Source: a virus
Taxonomy: Duplodnaviria > Caudoviricetes
Virus record (IMG/VR): IMGVR_UViG_3300033182_001015
Span: 1 to 60,986 of that record
Strand: one strand, 5' to 3'
Length of the DNA stretch: 60,986 nt
The position numbers were made by a program, and so were the translations under genes. The notes beneath the pieces are model-generated. The model was not told where the DNA came from. It saw only the letters and a list, made by a program, of their open reading frames with translations, and did no database searches. Positions 1 to 9,861 of this stretch are shown piece by piece. Every line of letters begins with the position of its first letter. The first letter of the stretch is position 1.

Positions 1-2
1 AA

Positions 3-773
3 GGTAATCCTGATGGTCCGCTTCCTAAGTGGGGTGAACCTGATGGTGTAGCTGATGCTATGAGCAAAACTCCAGGTCAAAAGAAAAAGAAAGTAGCAGA
101 AGAAGTCAAAACAATCAAAGTTGGCGAAGATGCTGTTGGTAGTGATAAGTGTCACTATGCTCTCGTCATGGATAGAAAAGTCACTGCAGTCGGTACGAAA
201 GACGAAATGTTGGCAAAGTGCAAAGAGGAGGGAGGCCGAGTTTGGGTGTCTACTAAAAAGGTTGGCGATATCGTAGAAGCAAAGTATGCGGTTGATATTG
301 AAGGCATGCCTCGTTTCTATATGGATTCAGATTCACCGGGCCGTGTCAAAGTTGCGCTGAGACAGATGTTAAAGAAAGCAAACGCTATTAAAAGTGTACA
401 ACGCACATATGATCCAGCAATCAAGGCAGATCTACGACAACGACTCAAAGATGCGAGTACGGATATGAAGACTAACTATGTCAATGAAGTACTGAAAAAA
501 TCAGATGATATGGGCAAATGGATAGACGACTTCAAAAAATCAGATGCACCACAATTTAAGGGCAAGTCTATGAAGAAGAGACGACAAATGGCTATCGCTG
601 CTAAACTTTCTGCGATGGAAGAAACAGGATCTTGGAAGAAAGATTCTGGTTGGAAAAAAGTTTCCGGTCCTCGCAAAGATGAGTTCGGTAACACAATTAA
701 GAAACAAAACATTGCTAAGCATCTTGCTAAAAAGGCAATGAATCAGACTAAAGCAATGAGAGATAAAAAATGA
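3..773 (+). CDS. Hypothetical Lys-rich phage protein, 5'-truncated by window edge (possible internal head protein)
   Basis: Frame is open from position 3 through the ATG at 60 to TGA 773; contains a DDFKKSDAPQFKGKS..KRRQMAIAAK segment of a type recurrent in T4-like phage proteins. Confidence 0.7.
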   Translation, partial: GNPDGPLPKWGEPDGVADAMSKTPGQKKKKVAEEVKTIKVGEDAVGSDKCHYALVMDRKVTAVGTKDEMLAKCKEEGGRVWVSTKKVGDIVEAKYAVDIEGMPRFYMDSDSPGRVKVALRQMLKKANAIKSVQRTYDPAIKADLRQRLKDASTDMKTNYVNEVLKKSDDMGKWIDDFKKSDAPQFKGKSMKKRRQMAIAAKLSAMEETGSWKKDSGWKKVSGPRKDEFGNTIKKQNIAKHLAKKAMNQTKAMRDKK

Positions 774-922
774 AAAAGTTTAAGGAATTTGTAACGGAGA
801 AAAAAGAATTGACTCCTGCACAAAAGAAACACATTGATGTAGACGATGATAATGATATCGACGCTGATGACTTCAAAAAGTTGCGAGCGAAGAAAGAGAA
901 AGCTGTCAAGGATGACGACTAA
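770..922 (+). CDS. Small 50-aa protein with T4 capsid-targeting-like N-terminus (MKKFKEFVTE) and an EF-hand-like loop
   Basis: Hand-translated, not in ORF track; ATGA overlap with upstream stop; MKKFKEFVTEKKELTPAQKKHIDVDDDNDIDADDFKKLRAKKEKAVKDDD. Confidence 0.75.
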   Translation: MKKFKEFVTEKKELTPAQKKHIDVDDDNDIDADDFKKLRAKKEKAVKDDD

Positions 923-958
923 TAAATAACTGTTTAACACTAAGACGGAGAATAAGAA

Positions 959-1306
959 ATGTCTTTATTCGGTAAAAGAGACCAGAAGTCAGACGCACCT
1001 AAGTTTGTTGCGAAAGCAGAAACTGGTGAAACTGGACAAGATTTGTTCGGTAATGCTACTGACGGTGTATTTGGTGTAAGCGATGCTGAATCACAGGCAG
1101 CTCGTGGCGATGGTAAGGGTAGTGTGCCTCCCGGTTGGGTCCGCAAATATCCTCGCACTCGTAACGGTGTGACTGTTGATGTACACGAAACTCTTGCTTG
1201 TGTCAGCTCAATGACTACTGATGCAACTGATTTCGCCAATACATCTACATCAGATGTTGCTAACACTACTGGTACCGCTGACGATTCAGAATTTGCTGAT
1301 TCTTAA
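959..1306 (+). CDS. Hypothetical protein, possibly virion structural
   Basis: GGAG RBS, preceded by a TAAATA late-promoter-like element; PGWV motif and acidic C-terminus typical of T4-like small structural proteins. Confidence 0.7.
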   Translation: MSLFGKRDQKSDAPKFVAKAETGETGQDLFGNATDGVFGVSDAESQAARGDGKGSVPPGWVRKYPRTRNGVTVDVHETLACVSSMTTDATDFANTSTSDVANTTGTADDSEFADS

Positions 1307-1322
1307 TCATAAGTAGTTTGTT

Positions 1323-1712
1323 ATGACACCATTGAATGAGTCTAACTTTTTGTTATACGCTGCGGCGAACTACACCAATACGGTGTATGATACTGAAGAA
1401 TTTTATGATGATTTGAAGAGGTTCAAGTATCTAAAGCGTCTCTTCTCAAGATACATCGAGAAGGGTGAATTGAAAGAAAGATTGATTCTCAACCATATTA
1501 TTACATTATATAATGTCTTTACACATGATGCTGCTACTCGCATGTTATTTTATAAGATAGGTGAGGAGCATTGGGAAATACTTAAGACATTTTTATTGTT
1601 TCTTCAGAATATGCCGCAAGTAATATACGACATACAGTTTGAAGGGTGTCACATCAAATCTGAAATGATTTCAGTAGATTTAAAGATCGCAGAAGTACTA
1701 AGGAACATATAG
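1323..1712 (+). CDS. Conserved T4-like hypothetical protein
   Basis: EEFYDDLKRFKYLKRL...LKERLILNHIITLYNVF motif is conserved in T4-like marine phages upstream of primase. Confidence 0.8.
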   Translation: MTPLNESNFLLYAAANYTNTVYDTEEFYDDLKRFKYLKRLFSRYIEKGELKERLILNHIITLYNVFTHDAATRMLFYKIGEEHWEILKTFLLFLQNMPQVIYDIQFEGCHIKSEMISVDLKIAEVLRNI

Positions 1713-1852
1713 TGGCTAAAGCAGCAATCGGCGGAAAAGCAATCATCGAGCCTAATAATAAAGGGACCAGTATCGGCCGCAAGAATATTAAGATGGCATC
1801 GATGAATAAGTCTAGTAAGCGTAGCTTTAAGAAGTATCGAGGTCAGGGATAA
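1712..1852 (+). CDS. Small basic 46-aa protein ending KKYRGQG
   Basis: Hand-translated; GTG start overlaps the upstream stop and TAA overlaps the downstream ATG; fills the gap exactly. Confidence 0.65.
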   Translation: MAKAAIGGKAIIEPNNKGTSIGRKNIKMASMNKSSKRSFKKYRGQG

Positions 1853-2358
1853 TGGCGAAAGGTGCAATAGATCTAGCGGCGATTTACATGTTTTTAAAGC
1901 GGTTAGTAACACCTTTCGATCAATGGGATGCCTACAAAACTGGTCTTATCGACAAAGATGGTAAGGTAATTGTTGATAAAGCAGACCGTACACCTGAGCA
2001 GAACAAATCGTTCGGTTACTTCGATAGACTTGTTGCTAATCTGAAAAAGCTATTAGGTAAAATACCTGGTGGCAAATCACGTATCGCTTCATTTGCAGCG
2101 GCGCTCTTACTTTTGCGTGAGAAAAATATCGATCCTGATGATATTGAGTATCTAGAAGAATGTTTGCAACACTATATGAAAGAAGCGGAAATGCTAGTTG
2201 AAGAGGGAGAAGGTGGCCCAACTAATTCTACATCGATGGGCCCTGGTATGGGTGATGATCCTCAAGCATTTCCAAAGAAAAAGAAAAGAAAAACACAATT
2301 CATCACGCGCAACTACATTGAAGTCAATGGTAAGCGCAAACGTATTTTTAAGGGCTAA
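1852..2358 (+). CDS. Conserved T4-like hypothetical protein
   Basis: FLKRLVTPFDQWDAYKTGLIDKDG motif; operonic overlap. Confidence 0.75.
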   Translation: MAKGAIDLAAIYMFLKRLVTPFDQWDAYKTGLIDKDGKVIVDKADRTPEQNKSFGYFDRLVANLKKLLGKIPGGKSRIASFAAALLLLREKNIDPDDIEYLEECLQHYMKEAEMLVEEGEGGPTNSTSMGPGMGDDPQAFPKKKKRKTQFITRNYIEVNGKRKRIFKG

Positions 2359-2360
2359 CC

Positions 2361-2645
2361 ATGGCTGAAACACATGCAAAACGTTTAGATCGTATCGAAG
2401 AGAAGATCGACAAGATGACTGATGCAATGATCTCTCTTGCGCGTGCTGAAGAGAAGCTTATTCAGATAGAGAAGAATAATCATGCAGCTTTTGAACGTCT
2501 CAATCGCTTCTCTGCTAAGCTAGACGATATCGAGAAGAAGGTTGATGACAATGCTCATACCGTCTCGATCATCAATCGTCTCTTTTGGATTGTGACTATT
2601 GCCGTCGCATCCGTAGTCGTATCACAGCACTTCCCCTTTATATAA
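2361..2645 (+). CDS. Coiled-coil protein with C-terminal transmembrane helix
   Basis: Heptad RLDRIEEKIDKM...; hydrophobic LFWIVTIAVASVVVS. Confidence 0.7.
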   Translation: MAETHAKRLDRIEEKIDKMTDAMISLARAEEKLIQIEKNNHAAFERLNRFSAKLDDIEKKVDDNAHTVSIINRLFWIVTIAVASVVVSQHFPFI

Positions 2646-2648
2646 GCA

Positions 2649-2676
2649 TGTACATTACTTGAAATAGCGGTATAAT
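2649..2676 (+). promoter_or_regulatory. Sigma70-like early/middle promoter (TGTACA-N16-TATAAT)
   Basis: Intergenic, upstream of primase; same -35 hexamer as several other promoters in the window. Confidence 0.55.
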
Positions 2677-2704
2677 AGCTCTATCGCTATTCAGGTATTT
2701 TATT

Positions 2705-3718
2705 ATGTGGTTAGAACAAAAATATATTGGTTTGATCTCCAACCGATTAGACCGATTTAAAAGAGTCAAGGCTCAACACTACAACTTTAGGTGCCCTGTT
2801 TGTGGAGACTCCAGAAAAAATAAGTACAAAGCACGTGGTTGGATATTTCCGAAAGACGATGGCGGATATTTGTACCATTGTCATAATTGTAGCATTACTT
2901 TGGGTATCGATAAACTCCTTGAGTTCGTCGATCCAATAGTATATCAGGAATTTATCCGCGAGAAGATCAGCGAAAATCTGATTCCTCAAGAAAGAAAGGT
3001 ATCAGAGGCTGAAGTACTCGCCGTTAAAATGAAACCTCCCAAGTTCGTTAAATCTAGCGAGCTAAAAAATCTCAAAAAAATCTCGCAATTATCTCACGAT
3101 CATCCCGCCAAGGCATATATAAACAAGAGACAAATTCCTACATCATATCATACTAAGCTGTTCTATGCTCCGCGGTTCAAGCAATTCGTTAACAGCGTGA
3201 TACCAGGAAAGTTTGATACATTAGATAACGATGAACCACGTCTCATTATACCGTTTCTCGATGAGGACAAGAACCTCTTCGGATTTCAGGGACGATCCTT
3301 CCGTAAGGACGGCATACGGTATATAACAATAATGATCGATTCTCAGAAGTCGAAAGTGTTCGGCTTAGATACCTGTGATCGCTCTAAAACTCACTACATT
3401 CTCGAAGGTCCAATTGATTCGATGTTTGTAGATAACTCAATCGCGATGGCAGGTGGTTCCATTGATTGGGATCTAGTGAATGAAAATAGCGTTTTTGTTT
3501 ACGATAATGAACCGCGATCACGTGAAACATGTGCTAAGATTGAGAAGACAATAGATAAAGGATATAAGGTGGTCATATTCCCAGAGACGATCAAATCGAA
3601 GGATGTCAATGATATGATTTTGTCGTCCGAGACTATGTACATCAACGAAGTTTTAAGAGATAATATATCTTCTGGACTTGAAGCAAAGATACATTACATG
3701 GCATGGAAAAGGATATGA
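2705..3718 (+). CDS. gp61: DNA primase (T4 gp61-like)
   Basis: N-terminal Zn finger YNFRCPVCGDS...CHNC; FGFQGR; TOPRIM EGPIDS and YDNEPR motifs. Confidence 0.95.
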   Translation: MWLEQKYIGLISNRLDRFKRVKAQHYNFRCPVCGDSRKNKYKARGWIFPKDDGGYLYHCHNCSITLGIDKLLEFVDPIVYQEFIREKISENLIPQERKVSEAEVLAVKMKPPKFVKSSELKNLKKISQLSHDHPAKAYINKRQIPTSYHTKLFYAPRFKQFVNSVIPGKFDTLDNDEPRLIIPFLDEDKNLFGFQGRSFRKDGIRYITIMIDSQKSKVFGLDTCDRSKTHYILEGPIDSMFVDNSIAMAGGSIDWDLVNENSVFVYDNEPRSRETCAKIEKTIDKGYKVVIFPETIKSKDVNDMILSSETMYINEVLRDNISSGLEAKIHYMAWKRI

Positions 3719-3942
3719 ATCATCTATTGATTTCGACATTTATTAATGAAGACAACGCTCGCAAAGCTGAAGTCTTTAAAGATAAGTATCATTATGGTGT
3801 ACATATGTACGAACGAGAAACAAGGGCTTGGGGATATGGCCGTTGGATTCTTCGACGTACTGAGTTGTTAGAAAAACATAATGTACACTATGCAGAAGAT
3901 TTAGCAGAAAATTACGTCGAACGATGGGGTGCATTCAAATGA
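3715..3942 (+). CDS. Hypothetical protein
   Basis: ATGA overlap with the primase stop; YAEDLAENYV C-terminal motif. Confidence 0.65.
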   Translation: MNHLLISTFINEDNARKAEVFKDKYHYGVHMYERETRAWGYGRWILRRTELLEKHNVHYAEDLAENYVERWGAFK

Positions 3943-4154
3943 GTGTAGAAATGACAGTCTTTATCACACTTTCATTAATGTTTATTTCTTATCATGTGGG
4001 CAATCTTATCGGTAAAGCAGAAGCATATCACGCAGGATTCTTAGTCGGTGCAAGTAATGGTATCGATAAGATTCTACAAGTTCTAAAGAAAGACTACGGT
4101 ATAATCATGGGTTATGATGATATCGTAGTCGAAGCAGATAATAAGGCAGAATAA
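3939..4154 (+). CDS. Hypothetical membrane protein
   Basis: N-terminal hydrophobic helix; operonic spacing. Confidence 0.55.
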   Translation: MSVEMTVFITLSLMFISYHVGNLIGKAEAYHAGFLVGASNGIDKILQVLKKDYGIIMGYDDIVVEADNKAE

Positions 4155-4592
4155 ATGTTTAGATACAATTGCGTAATTCGCAGGGTGGTCGATGGCGACA
4201 CTGTGGATGTAGATATCGATCTCGGTTTCGGGATCTGGCAACATAACGAGCGAGTACGTATTCACGGTATCGATACTCCTGAATCACGAACTCGAGATAA
4301 AATAGAAAAACAGTTTGGATTGCTTGCGAAGAAGTTTGTAGAAGGACGCTTGCCAGTAGGATCTAAACAAGTACTCGTTACCGAAAAACCTGGTGACGAT
4401 GCAAAGGGTAAATTCGGCCGAATTTTGGGGAAGTTCGAAGTATATGATGGCGAAACTGACAGTACCATGTTTTTAGGAGATATTATGATCCGCGAAGGTC
4501 ATGCAGTTCCTTATTTTGGTTTAAGTAAGGAAGCGATCAAGGAGGCACATCTTGCCAATCGTCAAAAACTGCATGAACGCGGAGTTATCTAA
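4155..4592 (+). CDS. Thermonuclease (SNase-like) family nuclease
   Basis: RVVDGDTVDVDIDLGF, RVRIHGIDTPESRT and GKFGRILG motifs. Confidence 0.9.
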   Translation: MFRYNCVIRRVVDGDTVDVDIDLGFGIWQHNERVRIHGIDTPESRTRDKIEKQFGLLAKKFVEGRLPVGSKQVLVTEKPGDDAKGKFGRILGKFEVYDGETDSTMFLGDIMIREGHAVPYFGLSKEAIKEAHLANRQKLHERGVI

Positions 4593-6895
4593 TGATTCAG
4601 AACATTCAAGTTACGAAGAGAGATGGTGAAAAAGAAGTACTAGATCTCGAAAAGTTCCATCGTGTAGCTGCGTACGCTTGTGATGGTCTTAACGGTGTAT
4701 CTGCCTCAGAACTCGAAATCAAAACACATATTCAGTTTTATAACAATATCAAAACTGTCGATGTACAGGAGATGTTGATCAAAGCTGCTGCTGATTTGAT
4801 TACCGAAGAAACACCGAACTATCAATATGTAGCAGGCCGTCTTATTAATTATGGGCTGCGTAAGGAAGTCTACGGTAAGTTCGAACCACCCTCATTAGTA
4901 GAACACATCATCGAGAATATTTCATTTGGTCGTTACGATGGTGTGCTCATGAACAAATATAGTCGAGAAGACATTGAGTTTCTCGATACAAAGATTGACC
5001 ATGATCGAGACTTTGCTTTAACTTATGCCGCAATGGAACAAATGCGTGGTAAGTATCTCGTCAAAGATCGAGTGACCGGTGAAATTTTTGAAACACCTCA
5101 GATGGCGATGATGTGTATCGCTATGACACTGTTTGCAGATTACGAAAAGAACAGAATGGACTGGGTTGTGAAGCTGTATAACGCACTCAGTAATTTTGAT
5201 ATTAGTTTGCCTACACCAATTATGGCGGGAGTACGAACGCCTCAACGACAGTTCTCGTCATGCGTACTTATCGAGACTGATGACTCACTGGATTCTATTA
5301 ATGCAACGGCTTCGTCAATTGTCAAATACGTTTCTCAAAAAGCTGGTATCGGCGTCGGTGCCGGTCGCATCCGTGCTTTGGGTTCTGCTGTGCGCAACGG
5401 TGATACTAGTCATACTGGTATTATCCCCTTTCTTAAGTATTTTCAAAGTGCTGTTAAATCTTGTTCTCAAGGCGGCGTCCGTGGTGGGGCGGCAACTATA
5501 TATTACCCCATTTGGCACCTCGAAGTAGAAGATCTGCTAGTACTGAAGAACAATAAAGGTACCGAAGAGAATCGTGTCCGCAATATGGATTATGGTGTGC
5601 AATTCAACCAAGTCATGTACGAGCGACTCGTCAAAGGCGAAGACATTACTCTGTTCTCACCTCATGAATGTAAAGATATGTACGAAGCATTCTTTACTGA
5701 CACCGATAAGTTCCGTGAATTGTATGAGAAGTATGAGCGCAAGACTTCTATTTTGAAACGTTCTATTCCTGCTCGTGATCTGTTTTCAGCATTCATGCAA
5801 GAGCGAAAGGACACTGGACGTATCTATTTGATGAATGTTGATAACTCTAATGACCACGGCGCATTTAAGAAAGAGCTTGCACCGATTCGTCAGTCGAATC
5901 TCTGCTGCGAAATCAACCTACCGACTACACCACTCAACGATCTACACGATGAGAATGGCGAGATCAGCCTATGTACTCTGGCAGCTATCAATTGGGGCAA
6001 CGTCAAGAAACCAGCTGACTTTGCGTTGCCTTGCGAATTGGCTGTACGTGCACTCGATGCATTGCTCGATTATCAAGACTATCCGGTCAAGGCCGCTTTT
6101 GTGGGCTCTATGAATCGTCGACCTCTTGGTGTTGGTATCATCAACTTTGCACATTGGTTAGCGAAGAACGATACTAACTATCAAGATCCTAATCTCAAGC
6201 TAGTACACGAATATGCTGAGGCATGGTCATACTACTTGATTCAAGCATCTGCTGTACTTGCCGCTGAGAAAGGAGCATGTCTCAAGTCTGAAGAAACGAA
6301 ATATCATGAGGGTGTATTGCCTATCGACACTTATAAGCGTACAGTCGATGAATTGATCGAACCAAATTATAAAATGAATTGGGACGAGTTGCGTGATCTA
6401 CTCAAAAAGGTTGGTATTCGTAATTCAACACTGATGGCGCTGATGCCTGCTGAGACGTCTGCGCAGATCAGTAATAGTACGAATGGTATTGAACCTCCTC
6501 GCTCTCTTATCTCCGTGAAGCAATCAAAAGACGGTGTGCTGAAACAGGTCGTACCTCAAATTGGCCGTCTCAAGAACAAGTACGATTTACTTTGGGATCA
6601 AAAGTCACCTGAAGGTTATCTCAAGATCATGGCTGTATTGCAGAAGTTTATCGATCAAGGTATCTCAGTTAATACTAGCTACAATCCTCTGCACTATGAT
6701 GAAGAGAAGATTCCACTGTCACTCATGATGCAACACATGTTGATGTTCTATAAGTATGGTGGCAAGCAACTTTACTACAATAACACTTATGACGGAGCTG
6801 GCGAAATCACAGACGAACGTGATCCACCACTTGAAAAAGAACCTGCAGTATGTGATCTGAGTAATCCCGAAGACTGTGACGCTTGTAAGATATGA
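4592..6895 (+). CDS. nrdA: Ribonucleotide reductase class Ia alpha subunit
   Basis: ATP cone (VTKRDG), QFSSCVLI, SNLCCEI active site, C-terminal CxxCKI; no intein. Confidence 0.98.
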   Translation: MIQNIQVTKRDGEKEVLDLEKFHRVAAYACDGLNGVSASELEIKTHIQFYNNIKTVDVQEMLIKAAADLITEETPNYQYVAGRLINYGLRKEVYGKFEPPSLVEHIIENISFGRYDGVLMNKYSREDIEFLDTKIDHDRDFALTYAAMEQMRGKYLVKDRVTGEIFETPQMAMMCIAMTLFADYEKNRMDWVVKLYNALSNFDISLPTPIMAGVRTPQRQFSSCVLIETDDSLDSINATASSIVKYVSQKAGIGVGAGRIRALGSAVRNGDTSHTGIIPFLKYFQSAVKSCSQGGVRGGAATIYYPIWHLEVEDLLVLKNNKGTEENRVRNMDYGVQFNQVMYERLVKGEDITLFSPHECKDMYEAFFTDTDKFRELYEKYERKTSILKRSIPARDLFSAFMQERKDTGRIYLMNVDNSNDHGAFKKELAPIRQSNLCCEINLPTTPLNDLHDENGEISLCTLAAINWGNVKKPADFALPCELAVRALDALLDYQDYPVKAAFVGSMNRRPLGVGIINFAHWLAKNDTNYQDPNLKLVHEYAEAWSYYLIQASAVLAAEKGACLKSEETKYHEGVLPIDTYKRTVDELIEPNYKMNWDELRDLLKKVGIRNSTLMALMPAETSAQISNSTNGIEPPRSLISVKQSKDGVLKQVVPQIGRLKNKYDLLWDQKSPEGYLKIMAVLQKFIDQGISVNTSYNPLHYDEEKIPLSLMMQHMLMFYKYGGKQLYYNNTYDGAGEITDERDPPLEKEPAVCDLSNPEDCDACKI

Positions 6896-7038
6896 AACAC
6901 TTAGAAGAAAATAACGTCACATATTTCCAGCATTTGCGTTTTGCTTGGACTGTAGCTTTTATTCTTCTTGTACATGGTCTTATACCTTTTGTATGGACAG
7001 ACCGCGGTTCTCAACTTCTTTGTAAAGACGATGATTAA
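6892..7038 (+). CDS. Small 48-aa membrane protein (DUF6356-like)
   Basis: Hand-translated MKHLEENNVTYFQHLRFAWTVAFILLVHGLIPFVWTDRGSQLLCKDDD; overlaps both neighbours. Confidence 0.65.
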   Translation: MKHLEENNVTYFQHLRFAWTVAFILLVHGLIPFVWTDRGSQLLCKDDD

Positions 7039-7247
7039 TGGAAGATAAAAAGTCAAAAGCATTAAAAGAAGTTATTGACAAATATCCAGAGACACTTGAT
7101 ATTTTGAAAGATGACTATGTTGAATTTCATGAAAATTATAAAGAAGCACTAGCAGATTATACAAGAGTAAGAGAAGATAATGAGCGATACAGACATCGAA
7201 AAAAAGTCGCTAAGCGAAGAAGAGATAAGCAATCTAACGGCGACTGA
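7038..7247 (+). CDS. Hypothetical protein
   Basis: TAATG coupling with the upstream ORF. Confidence 0.55.
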   Translation: MEDKKSKALKEVIDKYPETLDILKDDYVEFHENYKEALADYTRVREDNERYRHRKKVAKRRRDKQSNGD

Positions 7248-7539
7248 TCTACATGAGATTGCTGAATCACATGATCAAATATTTGAGTCAGTAACACCTA
7301 AGAATACTCTAGATTGGTATATTAAATGGGCTTCAAGTATTATTATTCTTGGCGCGATCTCTGTTCGAGCATCGGGTGTACCAGAATTACTTTGGATAGA
7401 TATGCTATTATCATGGATCGGTGGAGTAGGATGGTTCATCGTATCGTATATGTGGCGAGATAGAGCACTTATTCTTTTGAACGGTGTAATCAGTATTATG
7501 CTGTTCGGTGGATTAATTAATTATTTTTTTGGAAATTAA
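7180..7539 (+). CDS. Three-TM membrane protein (DUF6552-like)
   Basis: LDWYIKWASSIIIL...WRDRALILLN motif with three hydrophobic segments. Confidence 0.7.
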   Translation: MSDTDIEKKSLSEEEISNLTATDLHEIAESHDQIFESVTPKNTLDWYIKWASSIIILGAISVRASGVPELLWIDMLLSWIGGVGWFIVSYMWRDRALILLNGVISIMLFGGLINYFFGN

Positions 7540-7540
7540 A

Positions 7541-8584
7541 ATGTCCGTATTTCATACAGAAAAAATTGACTTTACAACACAACCAGCATTCTTCGGTCCT
7601 CGTGTAAATATTGCACGTTATGACAAACAACGATATCGTATCTTCGAGACGCTAACCGACAAACAACTCGGTTTCTTCTGGCGTCCTGAAGAAGTGGACA
7701 TTAGTCGCGACAGCAAAGATTTTAAAAGTTTGACAGACCACGAACAACATATTTTTACGAGCAATCTCAAACGTCAGATCTTGCTCGACTCAGTTCAGGG
7801 CCGTGGACCAGTCGAAACGTTTATGCCATTGTGTTCATTGCCTGAACTTGAAAACTGGCTTGTGACTTGGGCATTCAGCGAGACTATTCACTCTCGTTCG
7901 TATACTCATATTATCCGTAACGTCTACCCAGATCCGTCGAAGGTATTTGACGAGATGTTGGATATTCAGGAAATCGTTGATTGCGCCAAGTCCATTTCTA
8001 AATACTATGATAATCTTGCCGATAATCCAAACGAAAAAAATCTATGGTTAGCATTAAATGCTGTAAACGCACTCGAAGGTATTCGTTTCTATGTGTCATT
8101 CGCTTGTAGTTGGGCATTTGCTGAACTGAAGAAGATGGAAGGCAACGCAAAGATCATCAAGTTTATAGCACGAGATGAAAACGTGCATATGGCTTCTACT
8201 CAACAATTGATCAAGCTATTACCAAAAGAAGATCCAGTCTATGCCCAAATTGCTATAGATACACAGGACGAAGTAAAGCAAATCTTCCGTGATGTACTTG
8301 ATCAAGAAAAAGCGTGGGCTGAATATCTCTTTAAAGAAGGTTCAATGATCGGTCTGAACGCAGAACTCTTGGGTGAGTATGTGGAGTGGTTAGGCAATAA
8401 GCGTATGTATGCTATTGGTTTGTCTAATGAGCGAGGAGGATCAGATCCGTTGCCATGGACACAAAAATGGATTAGCGGTGCTGAAGTACAAGTCGCACCA
8501 CAAGAAACAGAAATCACATCGTATATCGTAGGTGGTATTAAGAAAGATATAGACGATGATACATTTAAGGACTTTTCGTTTTGA
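7541..8584 (+). CDS. nrdB: Ribonucleotide reductase class Ia beta subunit
   Basis: FFWRPEEVD, ETIHSRSYTH, EGIRFYVSF, DENVH di-iron ligands; C-terminal VAPQETE. Confidence 0.98.
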   Translation: MSVFHTEKIDFTTQPAFFGPRVNIARYDKQRYRIFETLTDKQLGFFWRPEEVDISRDSKDFKSLTDHEQHIFTSNLKRQILLDSVQGRGPVETFMPLCSLPELENWLVTWAFSETIHSRSYTHIIRNVYPDPSKVFDEMLDIQEIVDCAKSISKYYDNLADNPNEKNLWLALNAVNALEGIRFYVSFACSWAFAELKKMEGNAKIIKFIARDENVHMASTQQLIKLLPKEDPVYAQIAIDTQDEVKQIFRDVLDQEKAWAEYLFKEGSMIGLNAELLGEYVEWLGNKRMYAIGLSNERGGSDPLPWTQKWISGAEVQVAPQETEITSYIVGGIKKDIDDDTFKDFSF

Positions 8585-9237
8585 CAGTATTGAAAGATTT
8601 TTTTGCTGAATGTTTGTTTGAAGTAACTGATAATTTTATTGACGATGCAGCAAACACAAGTGTTTTACATATTGGTGATGATCGTATAGAAGATTGGAAA
8701 GTAGTAAAAAGACATTTAGACAAACATGACATCGCGACTCGGCCACAAAATATGACAGAATTGTATGAATGCTTGGGTTTTAAAGATATAGATATTGTTG
8801 ATATAAATGATATAGACAATTGGGGAATGAAAGGTAAAACTTATGATTTCATTTTTAATTGTCACTCAGCAGACAAGATGTTTGATGTCATAAGATTTTT
8901 TGAAGTAGTCGATAATATTGCAAATGATAATTCTCATATGACTCATATTCATCCATATCAAACATATGATGAGTTAGGATTTCATTGTTTAAATCCATCG
9001 TTTTATCATGAATTATCTCATAATATGCGATATGATTATGCTTTTACGTGGATTGGTTCTCTTGAAGCTGACCATCATGATAATATACAAATAGCTGAAC
9101 ATATTGCTAATGAGAGATATAAAAAGAGACATTACCTTGATCTCAGATATCAACCAAACGAAGGCTTTGATTTTCCATCATTTTTAGCAATTACTTATTA
9201 TAAGAGTAAAAAAGAAGATGTACAAGAAGACAATTAA
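8581..9237 (+). CDS. Divergent class I SAM-methyltransferase-like protein
   Basis: YDFIFN...FDVIRFFEVVDNI...H.HP...GFHCLNPSFYHEL pattern resembles phage methyltransferase-like proteins; glycine-rich motif I is degenerate. Confidence 0.45.
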   Translation: MTVLKDFFAECLFEVTDNFIDDAANTSVLHIGDDRIEDWKVVKRHLDKHDIATRPQNMTELYECLGFKDIDIVDINDIDNWGMKGKTYDFIFNCHSADKMFDVIRFFEVVDNIANDNSHMTHIHPYQTYDELGFHCLNPSFYHELSHNMRYDYAFTWIGSLEADHHDNIQIAEHIANERYKKRHYLDLRYQPNEGFDFPSFLAITYYKSKKEDVQEDN

Positions 9238-9391
9238 TTGCAGATCATGTGAAGTAAAGTGTGATGTAATTATTCGTCAAACTAATTTTGATGACGAAGA
9301 AATGCCTATTGAATACTGTCCGATATGTAGTGCGGCTATAGATGATCAACAATTCGAATACGACGATGATATGGAATTAACAGAATGGTAA
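9218..9391 (+). CDS. Small Zn-ribbon protein (57 aa)
   Basis: Hand-translated; CRSC...CPIC with an acidic tail. Confidence 0.75.
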   Translation: MYKKTINCRSCEVKCDVIIRQTNFDDEEMPIEYCPICSAAIDDQQFEYDDDMELTEW

Positions 9392-9861
9392 ATATGGGTC
9401 ACCACTGGGACAAAAGATTTCTTCAACTTGCATCTAACATAGCACAGTGGTCTAAAGATCCATCGAGACAAATTGGAGCTGTCGCGATTGGAGAAAATAG
9501 ACAAGTACTTGCTACGGGTTATAATGGATTTCCTCGAGGAATTTACGATACAGATGAGAGATTGACAGATCGCTCCGAAAAATATAAATTTATGGTACAT
9601 GCAGAAATGAATTGTATATACAATGCAACTCAAAACGGTGTATCACTAAATGATACACATCTGTATGTGTACGGATTGCCAGTGTGTCATGAGTGTGCAA
9701 AAGGAATAGTGCAAGTTGGTATATCTCGTGTTATTATGCCAGATGATGTATGGGTTCTCGATGAAAATATTGAGAACGATAAGAAGTGGATCGACAGTTG
9801 GCAATTAACCAAACAAATTTTTACTGAAGGAAATGTAGTTGTTAACACAATCAAGCTATGA
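9385..9861 (+). CDS. cd: dCMP deaminase
   Basis: GYNGFPRG, HAEMN and PVCHEC Zn-binding motifs. Confidence 0.95.
   Translation: MVNMGHHWDKRFLQLASNIAQWSKDPSRQIGAVAIGENRQVLATGYNGFPRGIYDTDERLTDRSEKYKFMVHAEMNCIYNATQNGVSLNDTHLYVYGLPVCHECAKGIVQVGISRVIMPDDVWVLDENIENDKKWIDSWQLTKQIFTEGNVVVNTIKL

Noticed and set aside
4592-8584. Intron or intein in nrdA/nrdB
   Set aside because: Both ORFs are continuous and of normal length
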